Part shown: in pieces, positions 52,916 to 64,000 of the stretch
Position numbering within the stretch: the stretch's first letter is position 1
Layout of the letters: each line of letters opens with the position of its first letter
NCBI GenBank assembly: GCA_951406725.2
Contig: OX597815.1
Location: forward strand, 155,930,001-155,994,000
Length of the DNA stretch: 64,000 nt
Direction: 5' to 3'
Source of the DNA: Octopus vulgaris
Lineage: Eukaryota
Made by a program: the position numbers and the translations under genes
Notes under the pieces: model-generated
Told to the model about the DNA's origin: nothing
The model's input: only the letters and a program-made list of their open reading frames with translations
Databases searched by the model: none

Positions 52916-53688
52916 TTTTCTCGTCCTTCTAACTTGAATTGGTTCGGTGCAACAAGTGGCACATGCCTGATAGTTAACAGGATGTAGGATTTTTATAGTG
53001 TTAAATTCTCTAAGGCGAGAGGCTAAAGAGCTAAAAGGCATCTTCTGCTTTGCGTCTGTTGGGATGTTGGAATTTCTATAAGTGACCACCCCACTCTCAC
53101 TCCTGAGGCATTTCTGTGACATGCTAATTAATCTGTTGCTAGGGCCATGGCAGGTATTACTACTCCGGCTCAGAGAAGTCCTGGGGAAACATAGTGGTTA
53201 ACAAGTTCAAAACAATGGGACTTTCAAACCAGGGCCCCCACTATCGGTGGCAGTTAGAATAATAAATACATTCTACGAACTTTGTTGAGATTTGAACATA
53301 GAACATAGAAAATTTGATTCTTCTAACTTTTATATGGTAGGTTCTTCGGTTTATAGATAGGAATCTCTTAAACGTTAAAGTACTTCTTGAACTTTTGTTA
53401 AATAATAATCAGTGCAAGTCTAAAGCATTAGCAACTGTCGGCAAAATGTCTCCAACTATTTTGGCTATAAGCCTAGCCAGGACTTATACAATATAGATAG
53501 TATTTAGATGCATGGTGATCTCATTTACTGATAATATGAAGAATCTATCCAAATACTTTTACTCTGTATTAATAATGACCAAGTTTATTGGTAAATATAT
53601 CCACGAGATAAAATGCGTAGAAGATATAGTCTATAAACATATTCGGTATAGTTAATTACAATGAACTAATAGATTTATTGGCTTGGAG

Positions 53689-53736
<48 letters not shown>

Positions 53737-53737
53737 G

Positions 53738-53771
<34 letters not shown>

Positions 53772-53957
53772 TGTATGTATGTATGTATGTATGTATGTGT
53801 GTGTGTGTGTGTGTGTGTGTCTAGACATATTTTGTTTTCTACATTTATCGTTTACTTTTAAGTACAGGTCGCCAGCATAAATCCATTTAATGCATTGTCC
53901 TAACCAGTCGGCACACTCACATACATGCATACATACATACATATATACATACATACA

Positions 53958-54058
<101 letters not shown>

Positions 54059-54064
54059 CAAATG

Positions 54065-54430
54065 TATAGGAAAACAAAGACGAAGACAAGTGTAGGAACA
54101 ACAAGCAAGTCTATTAGTTTGGCGGTCGGGAAAAATGAAAAAGCGTTTTCCGTTTCGAGCCTACACTCTTCGACAGAAAGGAATAAGAAGAAATAAATAG
54201 AGAGAGAATGAAAAAAAAAATATGTTGATTTCAGTGGTCCAACGGCAAATCAAATATAAAGACAGTAAAAAACAAAAGCAACAAAGTCAAAAGGACGTAC
54301 GCAGTAAATGTATTAGGGTGACTCTCAGTTTGGAAAAGAGATGAGGTCGACGTATCGAGCATGCTCTTCGTCAGAAAGACGTTAGGTCCGGAGAGAAGGA
54401 AAAGAATAGTCCGAGAAAAGCGCCTGTGTG
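54065..54430 (-). mobile_element. Two adjacent short elements with degenerate hammerhead cores
   Basis: Minus strand CTGTCGA-AGAG-tgtagg-CTC-GAAAC at 54152-54176 and CTGACGA-AGAGC-at-GCTC-GATAC-GTC at 54349-54374. Confidence 0.55.
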
Positions 54431-57400
54431 GTTACATGATTACATATATATGTATGTACACGTTTACATGGACACAAACATAAACAAACACACAAATAAA
54501 CACACACACACACAATGACAAACGCACACGCACACACAAACACACACGCATGCATAGATGCATCCATCCGCCCAAGCATCCATCCATCCATCCATCCATC
54601 CATACATACATACATACATACATACATACATACATGCATACATGCATGCATATAGACATAAACATTTGCACATAAATGCATTCATACAGTGTATACTTAC
54701 CTATCTGTAAATATATTCTCATGTAAAAACTACAGCTAGTAGACTAAAAGGATATTGAACAGTTGACCAAACTGTTGGCAGTTCTTATCCTATATCAATC
54801 TTATATTTCTAACGGAAATCCTTATTTCAAAACTGTGCTTCGAACAAATAATAATATGTAAATACTGTGACCGCTGCACATGAAAGTTTAAAAATTTCTC
54901 ATTCTGTTCGTAACTGAATGTCACTTTCAAAACTTCTACTTTATATTTGAATGGGGACAAAATTCCACTGATTGTGAAATAAGCAGTTAAGAGCCTTATG
55001 GTTGTCTATGCAATTCCATCAAATAATGCAAAGGTGGATACTGAAATTGAGGTCAATTTCAGACAGGGACTAATTGTCATTGACAATTGCAGTTTGGTTG
55101 GAGCATTTCAGGTGCAGTGTTATCAACATGGTTTTCTACTGATGTTCTTATGGCCAAAACGTAAGTATGACACAACAAGAATATAGAGAATCAAAAAGTG
55201 TGCTTTCAAGATCCTACAAAGCGAGAGTGGGTCTTGGTCTTCCGTCGTGTTTTACAAGACTCGGGATGTGTAGTTTTACTGTAAATCTCCATCCGCCTTT
55301 GAAAGCACTACAGGAAAATCTCATTATCGCAAGATGCCAGACAATCGCATGGATATCACTGATCGTGCAACCCAGCCAATACAAGTGAAAAGAAGGAAAT
55401 ACCATATGAGGAAATCTGTAGTACTGAGGATAGCAGAGATGAAGATGGTAATGAAATAAATGTTAGATGCAGTACAAAGCAGGTGAGTTGGACTAGGAAG
55501 AATACGAATTTTCCTTTAGAAGTGAGATATTGTGATCCAAAAAATTCGTTATCTTGAAGTAGAAGAAAAGCGACTAAAGCAGGAGGGTTGAATCACCGAT
55601 GTGTATGGGCAACATAAGAGACAATTGAACAACGAAGCCATCAGGGAACATATTGTGGAAACTAAAGCCAGAGATAAGTGATTCTTCCTGGAAGTAATAA
55701 AACTGAATCGTTCTTTTATGGTTGGAGTGGTTAAAACTTCACTGTTTGTTGTAGCTGTTGCAGAAATTGTATGAAAAGATGCAGTTTACTTATATCTTTA
55801 TGTCCAGAGAAGTTTCCTGTGTAATAAAGGAACCTTGTGACGTCTCAACCAGTCATGTACAAACTGACAACGCACTTGGTGGGCCAAGGTTATGTATGGG
55901 TTGTTTTCCGTATATCAGTCCGTAAATTTTAAGCAAGATATCAGATACTAGTGAAATAAGTTGAAGAAAAAACAGAAGAAAGTCTAAGAAACAGGAAGGT
56001 TACTCATGGCATGAGTTAGGTGCTCTCGTCTGAATAAATACCCGGAATAAAAGAAATAGAATTAGTATTGTTTGGTATAGGGAAAGTGTCTGAAATTTAA
56101 ATACGGTGATGTGTTTTCAGAGAATAATCATAAGGTGTGTTTTCAGACAATAATCATATCAGGTTAACAAATGAAGAGAGTAGATCTGATTGTTTAACGT
56201 CTATCTCTTTATTCAGATAATAGTGGCGTGATTTTCCACAATATAATGTGGCATTTCTCACGTGATGACATTTTGTGTAAAACTGACCATTTCATTGGGT
56301 AACTCAAGAACTTTCATGTTGCCCAATATGGGTATCTTTTCAGCTGAGCATAAATTGCAGCTCTTTGTACCTGTGTTCTGCAACTAAACTGGTTAGTAAC
56401 TAATGATAAATTGAGCTAGTGACCAGGTCACAGATGTGTGAGTAAATTTTAAGACTAACAAATAAAGGAAACGGGATCATATCATATTTTCTTTTCTGAA
56501 ATAACAATGATGGCTCTTCTAAAATACTATTGCTTCAATGTCAACACTGTCTCAAAACAATGTCCACTGAAGTAGAATTCCGAAATACAAGCACTCTTAT
56601 GCGTCTGTGAGTGTGTGTGTGAGTGTATGTGTGCGTGTGCGTGTGTGTGTGAGTGTGGCGTGTGTGTGTGTGTACATACACAGGTACACATTTGATTGTA
56701 TGTGTGCACTTTATATATGTATACATATATATATATATATTTATGTATATATGTATGTATATATGTATGCATGTATATATATATATATATATATAATTTA
56801 TATATGTGTGTGTGTGTGTGCGTGCGTGTGTGTATATGGAGGGAGAAAGTGAGAGGGATTTATATATACATTATGTACACGTGGAATTGGATATTCGCCG
56901 GTTTCGGCGATTGGTAATCAACTGTTCAATCAATTGAACTACCTTCCTGCGAAATTAGCGCCTAACAGACTGAACATTACATAAACAGTTTTACCTTAGC
57001 GTAATTCTCGAGTGGAATCGCTGTGACACAAGGTGACAAATCTAGAATGCTAAATTGCAGCTCAACTATATACGACGGGCTTCTGTACAGTTCCCAAATA
57101 CCCAGCTTTACTGACTTGAGATAAATGGGTTTCCTGAGTAAAAATCGAACTTCTTTGCAGTTTGACCTTGCTCTGTGTGCATGTATGTATGTAAGTACGT
57201 GTGTGTGTGTTCGTGCGTGTTTATGTATGTTTATGTGTGTATGTGTGTTTGTTCACGTTTGAGGATATAATCGAGAGGAAAGCCTCGAGCGAACACACTT
57301 TATATATATTTCATTACATACCCGTCTTCGCTCTTAATCATGATGAATCGCTTCTTTATGACCAGCAAACGTACAATTAAAAGGATCTGGGCGATAATGA

Positions 57401-58569
57401 TTCTGAGAATGTGTTTGAATTCCGCTTGAAATATATTAAACTTTCTTTAATGACCCTTCAGAATGGCACCGGAATTACCTATTTTCATTAGCCTTATAAT
57501 TTGGATATTTTGTGACTAAGTTAGGAATTATATTGCTAAAAAGTGGATGACTTTTCGCCTATCTAACAGAGAAAGACGAATACCTAATAATAGTATTTGC
57601 CTTCAAATGACTAACCAAATACAATAACGGGCAACCAGATATTAAATTCTGGACTATAATGTGACTGCAATCATGAAAAACTACGCTTTCGCTGATAATA
57701 TTCAAGATGGGTTGAAAAGTAAGCGGGAATTAAGTGTCCTAATGACACCGTAATTAATTTGCCTTAAGGTGGACTCGAAATAAGAGTATTGGTCGTTTGA
57801 GCAGCTCTTACCCGAACATGAAGATTCACTGTATTATAGCTAGAACAACGAATGAATCTCTATGTGGTCAACGAAGCTTCTAGAAATAGTACCGGATTTT
57901 TTTTCCAAACGATACCCTTATCTTTTAAATAAGAAAAGAAAAATTTAAGTTTTGTAGTCCCTGATATTACTAGAATAACAAAATTGATGTGGCTCTTGTC
58001 CTAAATTTGATCGATCATAACTAAACAAATTCTATGAAAAATTATAGAACCCTAGAGCTAGTGTAAATTCATGGCAAATATGATCCCCTAGCTACTTTCT
58101 ATTCCACGTCAATTATATAAAATTATATAAAATTTACAATTTCACATTTTTGTTTCACGAAAAATGTAGTGACTGAGAAAATAAAATAAATTAACTTTAG
58201 AAGACACTACATCAATGCCGGCCTTAAAATTACAACTTTAGGAGACACTACTTGTGATTTTAAGGCCGGTATTGGCGAAAAAGCAGTAAATAAAGCAATA
58301 CATGTTGTTTACTCCCAGATTATCCCTGATCAACCATGCATATGATCAAAGGTATTCCAGCCGTTACTTTTCAGTATTTGTTTTTCCTGAAGGAGTAACT
58401 AGCATACAAAACTCATTAGATCGTTCCATCTTATAAGGAGGTATGATTGTCAGTTGGCTGCTATTTCTGAGAGATCAAAAGACCACTTTGAGATACTGGC
58501 CGTGTATAAATAACTTTGACTAGCGTGATGAACAAGTAAGTTCTAACGGTGAATAAAGCCTTGTTTAGG

Positions 58570-60072
58570 GACATTTCGTCCGTCTTCGCATTCTCAGTTC
58601 AAATTCCGCTGTGGTTGACTTCACCTTTCATCCTTTCGAGGTCGATCAAATTAGTATTAGTTGACCACTGAAGTCAATTTAATCGGCTTATTCCTTCCCA
58701 GAAATTGCTGGCTCTGACGCAAGATTTGAAACTATTATTATTGATATCAATAGTATTTGTTTTATTTCATTTCACTCATGGTGAAGGCAAAAACGTTATG
58801 TTCGCAATCCCAGCTCTTTCTTTTTAACAAAGGCAATAATTTGAAATGGAATTAGTAAGGTGTCACTCAAAATGATATGAAAGAGGTGGCGGGCGTAAAT
58901 TGAAACCAACCCCCAGTTCCGTTCACTGGGAAATTTTTCTTTTCTCTGCAAAATCCCGTACATTCACACAATCAAAATGACGTATATAAAAAGGTTTATT
59001 TGATGTTATATGAAAACTGACTCAAATAATATAATAAAATGCCTCTGATCACTAACCTCAATGAGTTCTGCAACAAGTCCTTCAAGAGACGCTGCTTCGA
59101 GGCGATTGCTTTTATTGATGACAACAATTCGTCCCATTGCCATTAATCCGATGAAACTATCTTCGGGAGAGTGAACCTGTAGTACAGCGTTACTCACTGT
59201 CTCTTGAAATGCTGAAACAGAAATATAACATAATTATTAATTGTAACAATAAACGATTTTTTTCTTGCTGTCTATTAGGAATTTGGATTTATTAAGAAGA
59301 GAGTGTCCCCAGTGCCCTTGCTCCAGTCCCTTTCAGTCGCCTCTTACGTCACGCAGGGAATACGGCGACTACATTCCTCTGATGCCTCCGCCCCCAATCG
59401 GAGGGGGGGGGGGGGGTAACCCATAGCTGGAACCCTTACAGGTGCTACCACACCGGGCCAAGAGTAGATCTGGAAACAATAGTGGCTAGAAGTTGGTTCC
59501 ATACTCCTCAAACCCTGAAACCAGGGCCCCGTGGTGCCACTATCGGATGTAGTTTATAGTCATAACCAGGACAACAATATGATAGCAACAATAGGAATAA
59601 TCCTTTCTGATTTTGGCACAATGCCAGCAATTTTACTGTGGTGGTGGTGGTGGTGGTGGTGGGATATAAGTTGATTATATCACCACCAGTATTTGACTCG
59701 TACTTATTTTATCGACACCGTAGACGTGAAAGGCAAAGACAACCTCGGCAGAATTTGAAATCAGAACGTAATGAACGGAAACAATATCGCAAAAATATTT
59801 TTCTGACATGCTAACGAGTTGACCTGCTCATCACCTCAATAATAACGATCTTTTCTACTATAGGCACAATGACTGAAATTTTGAGGTTAGGACTAGTCAA
59901 TTACATCGACCCCAATGCGTACGGGCTGCTTATCAGCCTCAAAGGGATAAAGGGCAAAATCGATATCCGTGGAATTTAAACTCAGAACGTAATGCTAGAG
60001 CAAATGCCGCTGAAAACTTTGTCCGGGGTATTAACGAATCCGTCACCTGGCTGCCTTCAAGATGATGACGAT

Positions 60073-60130
<58 letters not shown>

Positions 60131-60388
60131 GTAATAATGAAGATGGATTCTTCCGTCGACGACGATCTGGGCAAATGATTTACTCGTTTACTCTTTTACT
60201 AGTTTCAGTCATGTGACTGTGGCCATACTGGAGCACCGCTTTTAGTCGAGCAAATCGACCACAGGTCTTATTCTATCGGTGTCTTTTGCGGAGCCGCTAA
60301 ATTACGGAGACGTAAAAACACTAGCATCGGTTGTCAAGCGATGTTGGGGGAACAAACACAGACACACAAACACACACACACAGACACA

Positions 60389-60448
<60 letters not shown>

Positions 60449-61130
60449 CATATATACGATGGACTTCTTTCAGTTTCTGTCTACCAAATCCACTCACAAG
60501 GCCTTAGTCGGCCTGAAGCTATAGTAGAAGACGCTTGCCCAAGGTACCACGCAGTGGGACTGAACCCGGAACCATGTGGTTCGCAAACAAATTACTTATC
60601 ACACAGCTACTCCTACGCCTAAAATATTTCTTTTCACATCTTGGTAGAAGGTGCCGGAACAATGTGGAGGGAGGGAAGCAAGCTACTTACCACACAGCCC
60701 TGTTTATAGGGATTAAATCTTCGTGCCACATTAGCTCACTCTCTTCATTAAATCGACGTTGCCTGAACAGGTGCGCGGTGTACCACACGTCAGGTGTCGA
60801 AGTGATTTCAGTGCAACGTGAGATGAAGTGTTTTGCTCAAGAATACAACGCGCCACCTAGTCTAGGAATTGACATCACGATCTAGGGATCGGGAATGCAA
60901 CACCCAAACCACTAAGCCACAATAATAATAATAATAATATTAATAATTTCTACTCTAGGCACAAGGCCTGAAATTTTGGGGAGGGTGTAATAGTAGTTAA
61001 CTTATCGATCCCGAAAGGATAAAAAGCAAAGTCGACCACAGCGGATGTTCAACTCAAGACGGAGCGACGGGCGAAATACCGCGAAGCATTTCGTCCAGCG
61101 TGCTAACGATTCTGCCAGCTCACCGCCTTA
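58570..61130. mobile_element. SINE-rich zone: family B at 58570-58720 (+), 59600-60060 (-) and 60950-61130 (-); family A at 60180-60620 (-)
   Basis: Matches to the family blocks above. The interval also contains the 59057-59211 exon. Confidence 0.75.
59057..59211 (-). CDS. PLCE1: Coding exon of a large minus-strand gene (tentatively phospholipase C epsilon-like); carries the start of the REM/RasGEF_N-like motif
   Basis: Acceptor tttctgtttcag| at 59212-59213 and donor GAG|gttagt at 59056. Encodes FQETVSNAVLQ...RLEAASLEGLVAELIE, resembling the REM first-helix motif. Ends in phase 0, matching the exon starting at 51917. Gene name is from recalled similarity, not a search. Confidence 0.75.
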
Positions 61131-61136
61131 ATAATG

Positions 61137-61206
<70 letters not shown>

Positions 61207-63074
61207 TGATGATAGTAATAATAATAATATGTTATTGGGACACAAGGCAAACAATTTTCAAGTGAGGTGTTTGTTGACACCATTGATCCAATCACTGGAA
61301 TGGCTCCTTAAATATTGGGATCGATGTAATTGATTGACTCCCTAAAAACTACTGAGTTGAAATGTCATTATTGTTACAATTACAAATACAATATCACAGA
61401 TAAAAATACCTGCAGAATTACAATAGAACTTATATCAGGAAATACTATGAGCCAATGACTGAATGGGAAAATAAAACCGTTGAATGATTTGTACCCATTG
61501 ACATTGACCGACAAAGAAATGGAATATTGGTGACTAGATTACCTTTGAATATGGAAACGGAAATTTCGATAACTATGGCACGAAATCAGTGTTTACGCAA
61601 ACATCGCTGCTTGCGAAGGCAGTGGAGAGAGAATATATGGATTCCCTAATGAAACACTAACGGCCCTACTTGTACAGGTAGCGACAAGTTCCTCGAAGAT
61701 CTTGCCATACATCTTGTTTCGATTCTGCTTTAGATAAAACACTACCATTTCCAAATTCAAGCAATTCAAAAACGAAGACCATAAACGTCAGAAAATTAAG
61801 TAAAAATAATTTATGACCATACTGTGGTTCTTGTCTTTTGTGCACGGTCATATAAACATAGTCAAATCATTTGAAATAGTAATATCAAATTTAATGCAGA
61901 CTACACGTTCTGGTAATGCTTTCACTGCACCGGAGAAGACAGGCAATCATAAGGACTTCTTAAGTGAAAGACGAAACAAAATGAAGTCACGAAGGAAAAA
62001 AAAGTAATATGTTACTATGACAAAAATATATTTTAAAAAAACACAAAATTTTATTTGGTTTAAATAGGGTTTCCTTTGAGAGGTAGAAATATGAAGGACA
62101 TTGATTCTGTCGTAGTAACTATTGGAGTAAAGGCATTCGAATTATTCACAATGGCAGCAAAAACATTTCGAAAACTTTCTCTATTACAGGTAAAGAGTAA
62201 AACTAGAAGCATAATAAAGAGAGAAAGCCAATATCATCAACAGACTCATGCAATACACACATGTATGCAGCCATTATGCACGTTATGTGCTCATAGGCAA
62301 ATTCAAAACCTGTTGATAGCAACCCGGTGTGGCATGGTAAAGTGAACAAACAAATCATGATGCTAAAATAAAACTGATCTGTTTGAATTCAAAGATCGGA
62401 GAAAGAAAACAATGTCCTTTTAAAATCATCCCACTGAACAATAAAAAAAAAAATGAATGGCAAAACTGTTTCTATAAGACAAACAATTCTACATTAAATC
62501 TATTTATAAAAGTTGATATTTACAACTACAATAAAATGTTTATAAGGACGAAAATATTTCAGTTAGAAAAAAATCGAAAACAGAAATTAGAGAAGAAATA
62601 GAGCTTTATAGAAATCTAAAAGGCAGTTTGGGATACAGAGAAAAAAGAAACAAAACAAAGAGAGAGAGAGGGGGGGGGGGGAGATTTCAGACGATAAGGA
62701 AGTAAAATTAGAAGTAAATGGAATATTCAGTTCAGATGTATTGTTTTTGTTTAAAGTAAAATAATCTGTTGAAACCTATATATACATGAGGTCAATTCAG
62801 AATTGACTGAGAAATAGTAGTAAAAACTAATTCAGTACACTTTCAAGTGCTTTTAGTGGATTAACTCTCACTCTACGCGTACAACCAGTCACACATACAC
62901 GTGTATGCGAGGGCGTATGTGTGTTATATGTTATACGATAAGGAATTTAATTAGATTATTGACTAGAGTAATTATATAGAGGTTATCATGTTTATTTAAG
63001 CTACCACCCACTCAAATACATAATCATACATAGATATATTATGTTTGTGTGTGTGTGTATGTGTGTGGTGTGAG

Positions 63075-63120
<46 letters not shown>

Positions 63121-63124
<4 letters not shown>

Positions 63125-63160
63125 CAAAAGTGGGACAAGAACGCAAAACATCCAGACTTG

Positions 63161-63229
<69 letters not shown>

Positions 63230-64000
63230 GAGCGTGTCTATATCTACTTAGCAATAAGACTTATATATATATATATCGAGTATAACCAGCCGAAATTGCA
63301 AAGATAATCTGGAACTCGACCGAGGAAAGAAGAACTCCAAATGACCCGTCTTTATTTTCTTTGTATCGTCTATCTGGATGTTTTGTTGTCCCTTTATTGT
63401 ATCACCTGTCTGGATGTTTTGCATACTTGTCCTATTTTGAATATTTTATATATAAAACATATAGCGGCGTACGTATACTTTGGTCTCTTATATGTAAGCA
63501 TGTATTTATCTAAATTTTGTACGACTCTATTCTTTCTATTATTTTTTCCTTCTTTCAATCAGCTCTTCCACGCTTAATTCGTTCATTCCACTCTTCGTTC
63601 TTTCGTTCCCCCTCTCTCACATTTCCTTGCCTTCTCTTCATGCTGAATTTCTCTCCTCTTTTCACTTCACTGTGTCCCTGTCATTTTCTCGCCCCTCCTT
63701 AATTCTGTCCCTCTGCCTCTACCTCTCTCTCTTCTCTCCTAATGTGACCGGTATTCTACCAAGGCTGACCAAGGAATCTAATGCTCTTAGCTTAGTTTTT
63801 CCTTCGGGCCGGCCAGATTGGAGCATTCTCGAGTATAACCAGCCGAAATTGCAAAGATAATCTGGAAGACGTCAGGGGAAAGAAAACTTCGAATGACCTG
63901 CCCTTGTTTTCTTTTTATCGTCTATATGGATGTTTTGTTGTCCCTTTTTTGTATCACCTAACTGTCTGGATGCTTTGCGTTCTTGTCCCATTTTGTATTT
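63121..64000 (+). repeat. Direct repeats 63278-63445 and 63829-64000 with an inverted stub at 63121-63157
   Basis: cgagtataaccagccgaaattgcaaagataatctggaa occurs twice. aatacaaaagtgggacaagaacgcaaaacatccagac is the reverse complement of the repeat end. Confidence 0.85.

Noticed and set aside
54990-55900. Less AT-rich stretch with short ORFs
   Set aside because: Probably an old transposon remnant, but no motif could be identified with confidence.
61400-62350. Possible further upstream exon of the gene
   Set aside because: Short ORFs on both strands without recognisable motifs or a consistent phase-1 donor and acceptor pair.

Overview
AT-rich, microsatellite- and SINE-dense animal genomic DNA; the repeat families and (TA)n/(CA)n density point to an octopod cephalopod (inference). 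The window lies inside one large minus-strand gene. Four coding exons can be spliced in frame by eye (59211-59057, 51917-50307, 19409-19338, 5124-4657). They encode a RasGEF N-terminal (REM)-like domain split by a ~390-aa Ser-rich insert, followed by a FERM-central-like helix set, best matching the N-terminal half of invertebrate phospholipase C epsilon (catalytic exons lie outside the window). The introns hold decayed mariner/Tc1 transposons, LINE remnants, a Penelope-like element, several tRNA-derived SINE families (nested and tandem), long fold-back hairpins and several minimal hammerhead-ribozyme-like cores, one with an intact catalytic core. The most unusual item is a scrambled three-piece 28S rRNA mosaic sandwiched between 213-bp direct repeats. 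Most ORFs in the supplied track are microsatellite artefacts. Repeat boundaries are approximate and no database searches were run.
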